Virus record (IMG/VR): IMGVR_UViG_3300042402_002641
Coordinates: 186,001-250,000 of that record
Strand: one strand, 5' to 3'
DNA: 64,000 nucleotides
Below the pieces are notes generated by a model. That model did not search any database and had not been told where the DNA came from. It saw only the letters and a list, made by a program, of their open reading frames with translations. The number at the start of each line of letters is the position of its first letter. The stretch's first letter is position 1. Positions 16,689-32,000 of the stretch are shown piece by piece. A program made the position numbers and the translations under genes.

Positions 16689-19600
16689 ATGACCACTACA
16701 AGTAGACAAAATAATCTAATTCTAAACCAAGACTGGACTAGAATCTATCAGACATTTAGAAACGCTGATTTCAAAAGCTATGACTTCGAAAATCTGCGCA
16801 GGGTTATAATCACTTATCTGCGAGAAAATTATCCAGAAGATTTCAACGACTATATTGAGTCATCTGAATATCTAGCACTAATTGATGCCGTGGCATTTTT
16901 AGGCCAGAGTCTAGCATTTCGTATTGATCTAGCCAGCAGAGAGAATTTTATCGAACTAGCTGAGACCAAAGAAAGCGTGTTGCGAATTGCTCGAATGCTT
17001 AGTTATAACGCCAAGAGAAACGTTGCTGCTAAAGGACTGTTAAAATTTACTTCGGTGACTACTACAGAAGATATTGTAGACAGTAACGGACGTAATCTCG
17101 CACAACAGATAGTCAGCTGGAATGATCCAACAAACACCAATTGGCTTGAGCAATTTATTTTAGTTTTAAATTCAGCAATGGCCGACAACACAGAATTTGG
17201 TCGCAGCCAAGGTTCAGCGACCATACAAGGTATACCTACAGAACAATATAGATTTAGAACTACCAGCACAGATGTGCCAATCTATTCTTTCAGCAAGACT
17301 GTAGCTGCTAGAGGCATGCTGTTTGAATTAGTTTCCACCGCATTTAAGAACAGTGAAAATATCTATGAAGAACCTCCTGTGCCTGGCAATCAATTAGGAT
17401 TTGTATATAGAAATGATGGCACAGGACCTGCTAGTCCCAACACCGGATTTTTCCTGATGTTCAAACAGGGCACACTAGCCCTAGCTGATTTTGGTATAGG
17501 GGTGCCAACTCCTAACGAAAAAATCGCCATCGATACGGCCGACATCAACAACGACGATGTATGGCTGTTTTCATTAAACAGTGCAGGAGCACAATTAGAA
17601 GAGTGGACTAAAGTTAGTACGCTGGTAGGTAACAATATTGCCTATAATAGCGTAGAACAAAACATTAGAAACATATATGCAGTTAATACTAAAGAAAATG
17701 ATACCGTTGATCTAGTTTTTGCTGACGGAGTATATGGTAATCTACCACAAGGTTCTTTCAGAGTATTTTATAGAACTAGTAACGGATTATCCTACACCAT
17801 CAGTCCCAATGAACTTAGAGGCATCAATATTAGTATTAGTTATTTTAATAAATCAGGAGTAGAGCATACCTTAACAGTAGGACTAGCTCTTCAATCTACA
17901 GTAGCGAACTCAGCTGCAACTGAAAGTATAGATTCGGTGAGAACCAATGCTCCAGCAGTTTATTATACGCAGAATCGAATGATCACTGCCGAAGACTATA
18001 ATCTTGCACCGTTAAGTAGCAGCCAAAATATAGTCAAGATTAAATCCATTAACAGAACATCCAGCGGTATTAGTAGAAATTTTGATATCATTGATGCATC
18101 TGGGAAATATTCAAGTATCAATGTGTTTTGTGATGATGGATATATCTATAAACAAGAAAGTGAAGAAACTCTTGGATTTAGATTTAACAATAGAGTCGAT
18201 GTAATTAATTTTCTTCGGCAAAGCGTAGAACCAAAATTCACAGACGCAGATGTTTATAATTTTTATTTTACAAAATTTGATCGTATTCTTTTCACAGATA
18301 ATAACACGGTATGGCAAAGCGTTACTTCTACAACCCCTACCGGCTATTTCAAGAATGTTGTGGATAATTCACTGTTAAAAGTAGGTACGTATTCTACTTC
18401 TAGTTTGAAATACCTGCTCAGCGGAGCATTAATTAAATTTACGGCACCCGCCGGACTAGCATTTAAAAAAGGTAAATTAGTAGCTATCAATTCTCAAGAT
18501 CCAGAGCAACGCGATAGGCTTTGGACTAAAGTAGTGTCTGTGGCAGGCGACGGTACTAATGCTGGTAGAGGTGTGCTGACCAACGGACTAGGGGCGGTAA
18601 CATTTAGTGACGCTGTGCCTACAGGTGCAGTGGCAAATCGCATTGTGCCTAGATTTATTAATGATTTAGATGCTGCGTTAGAAACAGAAATAGTTAATCA
18701 ATGCTCTCAGAATTTAAATTTTGGATTGAGATATGAATCGGTTTCGTCGACCTGGAAGATTGTTACCGCTACTAATATTAACCTAACCAGCGATTTTAGT
18801 CTAGGAAAATCGGGAGACGTAACTAACACAAATGCAGATAGTTCATGGTTAGTAGCTTTTGTTAAAGAAGCCGATAGATATGTAGTTAGACTAAGACGAC
18901 TCAGTTATGTGTTTGGCAGCGTTATGCAGAATCGTTTTTATTTTGATACCAACGAAAAACGTTATAATGACCAATTAGGTGCTGTGGTAAAAGATCAGGT
19001 CAAGGTACTTGGGATCAATACCGACAGCGGGTTTATCACAGAATTACGGCAAGACGTGCCCTTTGAAATTAGCGACACTATTAAATTTGATGATGGATAT
19101 GAAAGTACCACGGAAATAAAATTAAGTTTTCAAGATAGCGACGACGACGGAGTCATAGATAATCCAGATTCATTTGAACAGATAGTTGGCGCAGACACAG
19201 CGTTAAATTATTTGTTTTTTAAGGAAACTGTAGATCAATACGGCACAACTGATTATCAGTTAGTAGATAACTCGGATAATCTAATATTAATTCGAGAAAA
19301 AGAATCTGTAGTTGATTTCACTGATGCAACAACTTATCCCAACGGACAATTGATCTATTTTTATACCATTGACGAAGATGTTGTTAAAGCAGTGAATCGA
19401 AGCACTAATACATTTGATCTTGATAGATCATACAGAGCTAACATTGGTCGAAGAAATCTTAAATTTCAGTATATTCATAATGCCAGCGTGGATCGCAGAA
19501 TAGATCCAAGCTCTAGCAATATCATTGACGTGTTTTTATTAACCAGATCCTATGATGAATCATATAGGATTTATCTTGCAGGCGGCACTGCAACTGCACC

Positions 19601-20096
19601 AGAACCTCCCAGCACAGACAGTTTAAGAACAACGTTTGGAGCCAACCTATCTGCGATTAAATCTATCAGTGACGAAATCATTTATCATACAGTAAAATAT
19701 AAGGTGTTGTTTGGTTCAAAAGCAGATCCTAAACTACAGGCCATATTTAAAGTGGTTAAAAATCCTGGACAATCTATTAATGATAACGATCTTAAAGTTC
19801 GAGTTATCTCAGCAATAAACTCATTCTTCGACATTAGCAATTGGGATTTCGGTGATAGATTTTATATGGGTGAACTTACTACCTACATACTAAATTCTAC
19901 AGCACCTGATATCAGTAACATAGTTATATGTCCAAAACAAAGTGGTCAATCATTCGGAAGCCTGTTTGAGATACAGAGCAGATCGGATGAAATTTTAATC
20001 AGTGGAGCCACGGTCACAGATGTTGAGATAGTCACAGCTATCACAGCAGCTGAAGTTGGTTCTGCTATAACCAGTGTGGTATCTACTACCTATTAA
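16689..20096 (+). CDS. gp6: Baseplate wedge subunit, gp6-like (extended, 1135 aa)
   Basis: YDFE.L, FNDY..SS, ENF...A, ARMLSY, FADG.YG..P, ESIDS.R.NAP..Y.TQNRMITAEDY. Confidence 0.85.
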   Translation: MTTTSRQNNLILNQDWTRIYQTFRNADFKSYDFENLRRVIITYLRENYPEDFNDYIESSEYLALIDAVAFLGQSLAFRIDLASRENFIELAETKESVLRIARMLSYNAKRNVAAKGLLKFTSVTTTEDIVDSNGRNLAQQIVSWNDPTNTNWLEQFILVLNSAMADNTEFGRSQGSATIQGIPTEQYRFRTTSTDVPIYSFSKTVAARGMLFELVSTAFKNSENIYEEPPVPGNQLGFVYRNDGTGPASPNTGFFLMFKQGTLALADFGIGVPTPNEKIAIDTADINNDDVWLFSLNSAGAQLEEWTKVSTLVGNNIAYNSVEQNIRNIYAVNTKENDTVDLVFADGVYGNLPQGSFRVFYRTSNGLSYTISPNELRGINISISYFNKSGVEHTLTVGLALQSTVANSAATESIDSVRTNAPAVYYTQNRMITAEDYNLAPLSSSQNIVKIKSINRTSSGISRNFDIIDASGKYSSINVFCDDGYIYKQESEETLGFRFNNRVDVINFLRQSVEPKFTDADVYNFYFTKFDRILFTDNNTVWQSVTSTTPTGYFKNVVDNSLLKVGTYSTSSLKYLLSGALIKFTAPAGLAFKKGKLVAINSQDPEQRDRLWTKVVSVAGDGTNAGRGVLTNGLGAVTFSDAVPTGAVANRIVPRFINDLDAALETEIVNQCSQNLNFGLRYESVSSTWKIVTATNINLTSDFSLGKSGDVTNTNADSSWLVAFVKEADRYVVRLRRLSYVFGSVMQNRFYFDTNEKRYNDQLGAVVKDQVKVLGINTDSGFITELRQDVPFEISDTIKFDDGYESTTEIKLSFQDSDDDGVIDNPDSFEQIVGADTALNYLFFKETVDQYGTTDYQLVDNSDNLILIREKESVVDFTDATTYPNGQLIYFYTIDEDVVKAVNRSTNTFDLDRSYRANIGRRNLKFQYIHNASVDRRIDPSSSNIIDVFLLTRSYDESYRIYLAGGTATAPEPPSTDSLRTTFGANLSAIKSISDEIIYHTVKYKVLFGSKADPKLQAIFKVVKNPGQSINDNDLKVRVISAINSFFDISNWDFGDRFYMGELTTYILNSTAPDISNIVICPKQSGQSFGSLFEIQSRSDEILISGATVTDVEIVTAITAAEVGSAITSVVSTTY

Positions 20097-20097
20097 T

Positions 20098-23000
20098 ATG
20101 TCAGATAAATTTTTTCCTTTCAGTAAACTACCTATAAGAAAATCAGTAGAACTTCTACCTAAAGTTTTTCAGACAGAAGCTAACGATAAATTTCTTGCAG
20201 GCGTAGTAGATCCTTTAGTTCAACCAGGATTATTGGATAAAATTACAGGATATGTCGGTCGAAGGTTTGGCAAAACTTATAATGGTAACGATCTATATCT
20301 AGATACAGATGCTACATTAAGAAGTGCTTATCAGTTAGAACCTGGAGTGATATATCGAAATCAGGATAAGATTGAAAATTTCTATGATTACATTGATTTT
20401 AAAAATCAATTAAAATTCTTTGGTAATACAGATGAACGTGACGACAAACTTACTAGCCAGGAGCACTATGCCTGGAATCCGCCTATTGCCTGGGACAAGT
20501 TCATCAATTATCGCGAATATTATTGGGTTCCCGGCGGGCCGCCTAGTGTCTCAATATATGGACAAAGCGCCACAGTCAACAGTACATATAAAGTAGTATT
20601 GAGTACAACTGCAAACAGTTTTGTGTTTACTCCAGATGCCTATACCAATAATCCTACTCTAACATTATATCGAGGACAGACATATAAATTTAGAGTTAAT
20701 GCTCCTGGTGAAGGATTTAGTATTCGTACGAATTATGACACAGGAAGTTTGATATTTAAACCTAATTATCCATATCTTGCAGGCAATCTAGCAGTGTATG
20801 ATACTAAACTATATAGAGCACGCCGAGACATAAATCCCGCAGACGGCAGTTCCATCACATTAGATAGTGAAGATTGGGAATATCTCGAACCAGCTGCATC
20901 CGGCGCAGCCTTAGAATATAAAAAAGGTGTAATTAACAACGGTACTGAAAATGGCACAGTGACCTTCACAGTGCCCTACGATGCTCCTGATACATTATAT
21001 TATCAAGGTCTAATTAATCCTGATGCTTTTGGTAGATTTGTTATAGCTGATATTGAATCTAATACATATCTCAATGTAGATAAAGACATTGTTGGCAAGA
21101 GTGAATATACTAGTAGTACTGGTATTACACTAAGCAATGGAATGGTTGTTGAATTTCAAGGTACCGTTATTCCAGAAAAATATAGTCAGGAAACATGGGT
21201 GGTCGAAGGAGTTGGAAAAGCTATAACATTGACAAAATTCTCTGATCTTATAGTTCCAGTGTTAACGGCCACAGTACCTGAAGTATTATTTGATAACGCA
21301 GGTTTTGACACAGAACCTTTTGACGATGCTACCGCATATCCTACCTTTAAAGATTACATCACTATAGCTAAAGACAGTATTGATTCTAATCCTTGGTCAA
21401 GATATAATCGTTGGTTCCATAGAAGTGTATTAGAAACAGCTTATACTCTGCGAGGCGAAGATTTTCCTGCAGAAGAATCTACTAGAGCTAAACGACCTAT
21501 TATAGAATTTTCAGCTAATCTGCAGTTATTCAATCACGGATCAGCAGCTAAACAAACTGTAGACTATCTCGATGATTATACCACTGATGTATTATCTCGC
21601 ATTGAAGGCAGCACAGGTTACAACGTCGATGGAGAGTTTTTATTTGAAGGTGCTAGGATATTGGTTATTGCTGATACCGATAGATTAACCAACAACAAAA
21701 TATATGAAGTAAAATTCATTCGACACATAAACACTACTCAGATACATCTAGTAGAAACAGAAGATAGTGACAGTATATTAGGCCAAGGGGTGTTGGTGCG
21801 TCGAGGTTCCAAAAACGGTGGAAAGATGTTTCACTTCAACGGAACTAATTGGATACCAAGTCAAGCAAAAACTTCAGTAAATCAGGCTCCACGGTTTGAC
21901 GTATTTGATTCGACAGGTGTAAGTTTTAGCGATATCGAAAAATACACCACTAGTACATTTACAGGCACAAAAATTATAAGCTATAAGCTAGGGTCAGGAA
22001 GAATAGATACTGAATTAGGTTTTAGTTTAAGTTATTTGAACATTGACAATGTTGGTGATATAGAATTTAATTTCGACTGGGATTCGGATATTGCAGAATA
22101 CACAGAAACACGAACACCTAAAAGCGTTAAAATATCTACCGGATACTATAAATTTAATCCCGATGCAGTTTATGCTAATAATTGGTTACTGGCTGGTTCA
22201 GAATTTATGCAACCTATAGTAGATAGTCAATTAGTAATCAGTGATACAAATACGTTGACCTTTGATACGATAGACTGGTCTGCGTTGAAGACAGACCCAA
22301 TAATCAACATTTACATAAACGGCACAAAGTATGCAGGAACGTACACTAGGACGGAGAACACATTTGAGTTTCCCCTCACTCTGTCTGCCAAAGACGCTGT
22401 AGTTCTAAAAGTTATTACAGATCTTGATCCCGATCAAGGTTATTATGAAATACCAGCAGGTCTAGAAAAGAATCCATTTAATACAGAACTGACATCTTTC
22501 ACATTGGGCCAGGCTGTAGACCATATTGTTTCGGCTGTAGAATTTGATTCTAAGGTTACAGGTAATATACCGGGAGTTAGTAATCTAAGAGACAGCGATG
22601 GATATCAAAAACATGCCAAACGTTTTCTGAAGCATTCTGGTATAGCACCACTGGCTATTATGACGCTGTGTGATAAAACACATAATATTATCAAATCAAT
22701 ACAATATGCTAAAAAAGCCTACACAGATTTTAAAAATAATTTTGCTGCTAGGGCAGTAGAAATTGACTATAATGATAGTGTACCAGATTTTGTTGATGAT
22801 GTTATTAACAGTCTAGCAAAAAATAAAACTGCGGTGAGTCCGTTCGCAGACAGCGATATGCTAGGATCAGGTGCTTATACCGTTGTAACATATACTGTAG
22901 AAGATGTAGGAATAAAAACATTTTCATTAGGCGAAAAATTTGATCTAACCAGTCTCAGCAAACGTGCTGTTTATGTATATCTAAACGGCAGTCAACTTTT

Positions 23001-26000
23001 AAATGCAAGAGACTACTCATTCAATTCAACCTTTGGTTTTGTACAATTGAGTGTAAATCTTGAAGAAAATGATCTGGTCGAAATACGTGAATATGTTTCT
23101 ACAGCTACTAGTCACATTCCACCAACTCCTACCAGCATGGGACTGTATAAAAAATACACTCCTATACGTTTCATAGACGATACCTTCCAAGAACCTCGTG
23201 AAGTCATACAAGGCCACGATGGTAGTATTACAGCGGCGTATGGCGATTTCAGAGATGACTTATTACTAGAACTTGAGTATCGTATCTATAACAATATCAA
23301 GCAGGAATATGATTCTTCTATCTTTGATATTGATTCTATTTTAGGTGGGTATTACGGTGTTGGTCTTTACACAAAACCTCAATTAGATAATATTGTTAAT
23401 CAAGAGTTTTTAAAATGGGTACAAAACACCAACATAAATTATACTTTAAACTCGTATTTTGACAGTGAGAATAGTTTTACCTATACCTATTCTAAAATGT
23501 CAGATCCTCTAAAAACGCAGACATTGCCTGGATATTGGAGAGGAGTGTATCAATGGTTCTATGACACAGATCGCCCACATCGCTGCCCATGGGAAATGTT
23601 AGGATTTTCGCAAGAACCTACCTGGTGGCAATCACAGTATGGTGCCGCACCATATACACGCAACAATTTATTGCTCTGGGAAGATCTAGAGAATGGGCAT
23701 ATTAGGCAAGGTAACAGAGCTGGCCGCTATGATAGATATAAGCGTCCGGGATTGATAAATCATATCCCTGTAGACGGCGATGGGTTATTATTAAGTCCAC
23801 TAGATAGTGGGCTCGCCCAGGATTTTTCACTTATCAATAATCAAGGTACTTTTGTGCTAGGCGATATCGGTCCAGTAGAATATGCTTGGAGATCCAGTTC
23901 CGAATGGCCGTTTGCAGTTATAATGGCCATGTGTTTAATGAAACCTTTTGAATTCATTACAGATAACTTTGATCGTTCTAGAACTACCACTAACATATTA
24001 GATCAGACAGTTAACGGCACAACCTCTTTGTTCAGCACATTGGGCGAAATTGCACCAATAACATTGTCAGATTCGTATATAGGTCTATTAAAATATATAG
24101 CGGCCTATGTGAAATCAAGAGGTATCTCACAGGACAGTATTATAGAAAAAATTAACAATCTTGATGTTTCTTTGAGTTTTAGAATGAGTGGATTTGTTGA
24201 TCAACAACAACAGAAATTTTTGTTAGATTCTAAAAATCCATCTGCCACTACCAGCAGTATATATGTACCTGCAGAAAATTATGATATTATTTTTAATGTT
24301 GGCGCTCCGGTAGCTACTGTGGCTATTAGCGGAGTCATATTTGAAAAAACTCAAGGCGGTTGGATAGCCACAGGCTATGACGACATACATCCTTATTTTG
24401 AATATCATCAGGCTTTACCAAGTCAGAGAGATCCGGTAATATCTATAGGCGGAGTTAGCGAAACATTTTTAGACTGGACCTTAGATAAAAATTACAACAA
24501 CGGTACCTTGGTAAGATATTCTAATGATTTTTATAGGGCGTTACGAACACATAATAGCGGAAATACATTTGATAAGTCAGTGTGGCAAAAACTCAGCGAC
24601 ATTCCTAAGATAGGAGCAGTTGAAGCACAACGTCGCCGTACATTTAACACACTGGCAGTAAAACGTATTAGTTATGGCACACTGTTCACTACCGTTCAAC
24701 AGGTAGTAGATTTTCTATTAGGATATGAAAGTTATTTAAAAAGTCTAGGATTTATATTTGATAGATATGATCCAGTAAATCAGGTCAGTCAAGACTGGCT
24801 CAGCAGCGCCAAAGAATTTATGTTTTGGACCAAACACAACTGGGAACTAGGGTCGTTAATAGCCATTAGCCCTATGGCTGAAAAAGTGGATGTTGAGGTA
24901 CCTGTGGGAGTAGCCGATAACATACTTGATGGGTTTTATGACTATCAGGTACTAAAGGGTGACGGCAAACCTCTAGAGCCAAGATTCATAAATGTAAATC
25001 GCAGTTTTCAAAAAATTACGGTAGAAACCACTAACACCGATGAAGGTGTATTTTTCTTAAAATTAAACTATGTTCTTAAAGAACATGTTACAGTATTTGA
25101 CGATCGTACAGTATTCAATGATATAATTTATGATAAGACCACTGGCTATCGTCAAGGCAGAATTAAAGTACAGGGTTTTCGCACAGTAGATTGGGACGGA
25201 GATTACACAAGCCCGGGATTCTTATTTGATAATGTTAACATACAGACCTGGCAGCCATTCCGAGATTACAGGCTAGGCGACATAGTATCTTATAAAAGTT
25301 TTAATTGGACTAGTTTAAGAAATCAACTTGGTTCTGAAACCTTTAATGATTCTGTTTGGACCAAATTAGATAGCACACCTCAAAAACAGCTGATTCCTAA
25401 CTTCGACTACAAGATCAAACAATTTAGCGATTATTTTGAAACATCGTCAGAAGGCACAAATCAAAATCAACGGGAATTAGCCAGACACACAATAGGATAT
25501 CAACAGAGAGATTATTTGAATAATCTGGCCGAAGATCCGGTGAGTCAATTTCAGTTGTATCAAGGATTCATACGTGAAAAGGGATCAGCTAACGCTATTA
25601 CAAAAATATTTGGTAAACTTAGTCGATCAGGATCTGATAGTGTAACTCTGAATGAAGAGTGGGCGTTTTTATTAAGCAGAATAGGAGGCACTGATCAACT
25701 CACAGAAATAGAAATACAGATAGAAAAAAATAAAATAAAATTTAATTCTCAGGTATTAACTATAGAGTCTGGAGTTCGTGGTGTTGTTTCAGATCTTAAT
25801 TATAGAATTAATATCAACGACTTTACAGTACCACCGATACCGTATGTAACAAATATTAATCCAACTTCTTTAGAAATAAATCCAAGTTTCACCGCAGGAT
25901 ATGTGTACGAGAATCAATATGAACACGTGATAGCCACACAGACAGAATTAACTACACTAGATATCTCCACAGTTAAAGAAAATGATCATATATGGATAAC

Positions 26001-29000
26001 GTTTTATAGAGATTCCTGGACAGTGCTTAGAGCTAACCAAGTTGAAATGCTATCTGTAATTACTGTTGAAAGGTTCGACGATACAACTGTAACAGTTACT
26101 TTTAATCGACCGCATGTATTCTTAGTCGATACATATGTGGGATTTAGAAACATAGTTAATCTGCAGGGATTTTTTAAAATAATAACAGTGACTAACACCA
26201 CAGTTAGTATTGAAATTGATGCTGACAATGAAGATCCGGAAATAGATTCTAGTACTATAGTAAATCCTACAATACTTACTGAAAGTAGATTTGATAATTA
26301 TCAGATTCTAGATAGAGGAACATCTGCGCTGTTATATAACGGTGCTAGATTGTTTATAGATAACAACGGTAACGACCTATGGGAAGTCATAGAAAAGCAA
26401 AAACAATACACCGCTAATTCTATCACTGATTACGCTACAACTAGTCCTATCAATGCCGGTAAGAAAGTAATATATGACACAGTAAACTCTCAGCTACTTG
26501 TTAGCATACCTGGGTCTGGCATAGTAAACGTTTACGCAGAAAGTTCTACAGGACTAGTACTAAAACAAATCATTTCTCCCCCTAATGGATTCTTCGCCAA
26601 TGCATTAGGATCTTTCGGTAATGCGATGGCACTAAGTCCTGATGGTAAGGTGCTGATAGTTGGTGCAGCCGAAGCCAGCGGTGTAGCTAGTGCATTCCGA
26701 GGTCCGTGGGCCACAGATCAGTTTTATCAACAAGATGAGATAGTATTATATGGCGGCAGACTCTACCGAGCTAAAAATCCTAACACCGTAGGTGTAGACA
26801 ATAGCACCGAAATAGCTATTAACACAGATGATTGGGAGCTAGCCACTATTATACCGGCGCTTGAATCAGGAGTTAATACCGGCCTGTATCAACAGGGAAT
26901 GGTAGCAGTATACACCTATACGAATGGCAGATTTTTTAACACTGCGGCTTTTGTTAGTCCAAGACCTGCTGACAATGAAAAATTTGGCAGCGAAATAACT
27001 TTATCTGTCAGCGGCAGCTCTTATTATATGGCAGTATCTGCTACAGGTTCCTATAATAATACTGGCCGAGTGTACCTGTTTAAATTCAACGGAACAGCAT
27101 GGAGTCATTTAGAAAATCCTATGTACACAGGAGTATATGACTTTCAAAAATCCTACAAGGCAGGAGAAATTGTATGGCAGGCCGCCCAGGATCCCGTGGT
27201 TGAGGCTGCGAGAGGGAATTTGTGGATGAATCTAGAAGATTCGACCACAGACGGCAGTACGATAACTATCCAATCACAGGGATGGTTGAAAGTCAGCGAT
27301 ATCAGCACAAATTGTTCTCTGCCAACTACAATATCAGTAGAGGATGATGGATCGACCTTAGAATTTGCAGTAACAGGTCTATTGAATGAAACACAAATGG
27401 CAGAACTAGTCAAACAGGGTGATAAGTTTGGATCTAGTATGGCCATGAACAGAGACGGCAGTATATTAGTTATAGGTGCTCCGGATGCAGACGGACAATA
27501 TTTTGCAAACTATCGAGGTCTATGGAGAGGCGATGTAGAATATGTAGAAGGGGAAGTTGTGAGATTCAAGGATCTCACAGCACCGGGAGATTCTTATCAA
27601 TATTATCGATTGGGTGATGCATTCCTTGGAGCAGATTCTACCTATAGAAGCTATAATGAAGATCCATCAGACAGTGCAAACTGGCAGGTAGTAGGAGACA
27701 GCACCACAGAGTCTAGCGGTAAGGTGTGGGTCTATGCTCGCACCGCAGGCGATGTCTATGAACTAAAACAAATGATCAATGCAGCATCGATCAGCTCATT
27801 TTCAGATATAGATTCTGGATTAGTTATTAGTACAGGTGACCAGTTTGGATTTGCAATGGACATGGATTTTACTGGTAATACCTTGGTTGTTTCTAGTCCT
27901 AGATCAGATATTAATTATCAGGATCAAGGCAGTGTATATGTGCTAGAATTAGATAGTAACATTATTGAATACAGGGTGAAACAGCGCCTAGAAAGTTTCG
28001 AAACATACCCTAATGAATATTTTGGATACGGAGTTTCGGTGAGTCCGGATGCAGCAAAAATCGCTGTAGGCGCACGAAACGCTTCTAACGATATTCCTGT
28101 TGCATTCGATATTCTTCTCGGTACAATTTTTGATCTCGGAACTACTAGATTTAGCTCAGCTCAAGGTTACACCGGCGGAGTTTACATATTTGATAAAAAA
28201 GATCAGATATTCTTTCTCACCGAAAAACTGCAGGAAGTCTTTTCACCAGACGAAGCTTTCGGTTCTAGTGTAGACTGTGTAGGATCTTATGTGGCAGTGG
28301 GATCTCCGTACTATAGAGCTCCTGTGCTCGACTCAGAAGGAGAGCTAACCTACGAAGGTTCTTACATAGGAAATGCTAGATTGTTTAAGAAAGATTCTAC
28401 ACTGTCTTCTTGGAATATTTTAAACACACAGCAGCCTGTGGTAGATATACGAAAAATTCGGAGTATAGAATACTATGACAATGTGCAGAACATCAAAATA
28501 CAAGACCTTGATTTTATAGATTCTGCCAAAGGTAAAATATTAAACTCTGCCGAACAAGAAATTAAATTTAAGACACCCTATGATCCTGCAGTGTATACTA
28601 TAGGAACTGATCAGGTAGTTACGGATCCTGCCATAGCCTGGTACGAATCTAATGTTGGAAAATTATGGTGGAATATAGCTGCTGCAAAATGGATCTACGC
28701 CGAACAGGGTGATACTGCTTTTAGAACAGGTAATTGGAATCAATTAGCCAAGGGCAGCGATATTGCCGTGTATGAATGGATACAAAGTGTGTTATTGCCT
28801 AATGAATGGGCAGCAGTAGCAGACACCAACGAAGGACTGGCACAAGGAATTAGCGGACAACCTCTTTATCCCAACAACGATGCATATAGTGTAAAACAGA
28901 TCTTGAATCCAACTACTGGACAGGTACAAGAAACTTTCTATTTTTATTGGGTAGAAAATAAAACAGTGGTACCTGCGAATATGGCAGATAGAACAAAATC

Positions 29001-32000
29001 GGCAGCAGAAGTAGCAAACATTATTGCAAATCCTGTGGGCACAGGCACCTCGTTTATAGCACTAATAGCCTCTGATAAATTTGTTTTGTATAATGCAAAA
29101 TCAGTTATGTCATCAGATACTGCGTTGATTAATATCAAATATAGAAATGATTTGGCATCACTCAGACCTATACACAGTGAATATCAGCTATTGACAGAAT
29201 CTGTTGCAGACAGTGTGCCAACTTTACAACTAGAAAATAAATGGATCGACAGCCTGGTAGGAACTGATACACAGGGAAACAGAGTACCAGACACAGCGTT
29301 GCCTGCTAAACAAAAATATGGCATAAATTTTAGACCGCGTCAAAGCATGTTTGTCGACAGACTAACAGCATTAAAGTTAGCAATAATCAACATCAACGAA
29401 GTATTGACCAATCAACCGTTCGCTGACCTTATAGACTTTACAAATCTAAATGCTAAAGATCCTGCACCAGCCGAAATATTAAATCTATATGATGTTACAG
29501 TTGATACCGAGATTGATCTACAGACTGTAGGCACAGTAAGAACTAAACAAGCGGTACTTCGGGCTAATCTTGTTGATGGTGAATTAGATACTGTTGACAT
29601 AGTCGATCCTGGATTCGGCTATAGAGTAGTGCCACCGATAGAGGTAGAAGGTGATGGGTTAGGAGCTAAAATAGCGGTAACGCTAGATAATCAAGGAAGA
29701 ATAGCCACGATTACAGTGTTAAACAGAGGTAAACGGTATCGAACATTGCTGGCCAAGGTAAGGAACTTTTCAGTGCTGGTGTTGAATGATTCTACTATAG
29801 ATAATTTTTGGAGTGTCTATGCCTGGGATGATGTGAGAAAGGTATTTTTCCGCAGTCAATCTCAAGCCTACGATACTACCAAATATTGGAATACTGTGGA
29901 TTGGTATCTTTCAGGGTACAATCAAGATTCACCTATCACTAGAGAAATTTTAAGTGTGTTTCAAGAACCACAATATCAAATTTCACCAGGAGAATTAATC
30001 AGAGTCAAAGAATACGGAGCCGGGGGTTGGGCGATATTTGAAAAAATCAACAACGCAGGTACAACTTTTTCAGATAGGTTTAAATTAGTGGCTAGACAGG
30101 ACGGAACTTTGCAATTAAAATCTTCTCTATATGATACCACGGTGGCAGGTATAGGATTTGATAACGCACAGAGTTTTGACAACACTACCTATGATATTTC
30201 AAATTCAATAGAATTAAGAAATATTTTACAGGCTGTAAAAAAAGATATTTTTGTTGCAGATTATGCTATAGAATGGAATAAATTATTTTTCTCTAGCATA
30301 AGATATACTTTGTCAGAACAACAATATGTTGATTGGGTTTTTAAAACTAGTTTCTTAAACGCTACACACTCTGTAGGCAGTTTTGAACAAAAGCTAAATT
30401 ATAAAAATGATAATCTTGAAAGTTATCAACAATATATAGATGAAGTTAAACCTTTTAGAACTACAGTAAGAGAGTATGTGAGTCGTTACAATACTCCCGA
30501 GCCCTATCAATCAGCTATTGCAGATTTTGACCTTGCTCCGAATTATTCAGTTATAGATGGTAAAGTAGTTCCTATAACCTTTGATCGTGCAGAATTAACA
30601 CAGTACCCTTGGAAATGGTGGACAGACAATAACGGTTACTCAGTTACGGAAATTTTATTATATGAGTACGGCACCCTATATACCACTGTGCCTAGGGTGG
30701 TCATAGAAGGTAACGGTTCAGGAGCTACAGCGCAGGCCTATATATCTAACGGTCGTGTATCTGGTATTAAAATGTTGACCACAGGCAGCGGCTATACACA
30801 AACGCCCACAGTAACCTTAGTAGGGGGAAATTCCAACGACGGAACACAGGCTAAGGCTACAGCGGTGTTAGGCAATACTAAGATTAGAACTTTTAATCTC
30901 ACAGTGAAATTTGATCGTGTTAGCAAAACAGGTGATTATCAATCATATACACAAAATCAAATATTTGTAGCTACAGGCAGCACAGCGGTATTTGAACTAG
31001 GGTACGCTCCTACTAGAGACAAAACTAAAATATCAATATTTAAAAATAATCAATTAGTCTTAACCAGCGAATATACTATCAGCTTATATTATTTGGACAC
31101 TGATAATTATTCTTTGTTGAGAGGAAAAATTATATTTAATATAGCTCCAGTTAACGGCGATGTGATCACTGTAAACTATGAAAAAAATATCGAATTATTA
31201 TCTGCTATAAACAGAATAGATCGATTCTACACTCCCGTTTCCGGTATGGTAGGCAAAGAACTTAACCAACTTATGACCGGAATAGATTTTGGAGGTGTAC
31301 AGATACAAGGTACTACTTTTGAAGTTACTGGAGGATGGGATGCGCTGCCATGGTTTACAGACAACTGGGACAGCGTAGAAGCCGCCAGCGACTATTACGT
31401 AGTTCATGATGGTAGCACTAATACAGTAACTCTTCCGTACATTCCAGCGGCCGGACAAGAAATTAACATTTATATCAAGCGAGCAGGAGAAACACAGACT
31501 CGAAGAATAGACGATCCGGCATATAATGATCAGATAGATTCATCTACAAGTGCAAATCCTAATGCAGAAATGCCTACTTTTATAGGCGATGGCGTTAACA
31601 ATATTGTAGAAATTGGAGATTATCTATCAACACAAAGTGGGGATACATTAATTTTCCGTCCTTCAGAAAGCGATGGATCAGTAACAATCACCGATGATAA
31701 TTTGCTAGATACCAAACTCAGCGGAGGCACATTATCGGCCATAGATAATATATATGTCACCGCCAGAGGGACCACAGCAGAAGAAATAGCTATAACCGGT
31801 GGTAAGTTTATTGAACCTGATCACGTGCCTGCTCCGGAAGAAAATATTCCTGGACAGGTTATGGACAGTGTGTCTATTAAAGTGTTTCAATCGACCCCGA
31901 CAGGGTCAGCGGCCCTGCAATCTAAAATTGTCAAAGGTAACGGAATCGATACCGACTTTGATATTGGACAACCTATTGTTGAAAACAACTCAGTAATTGT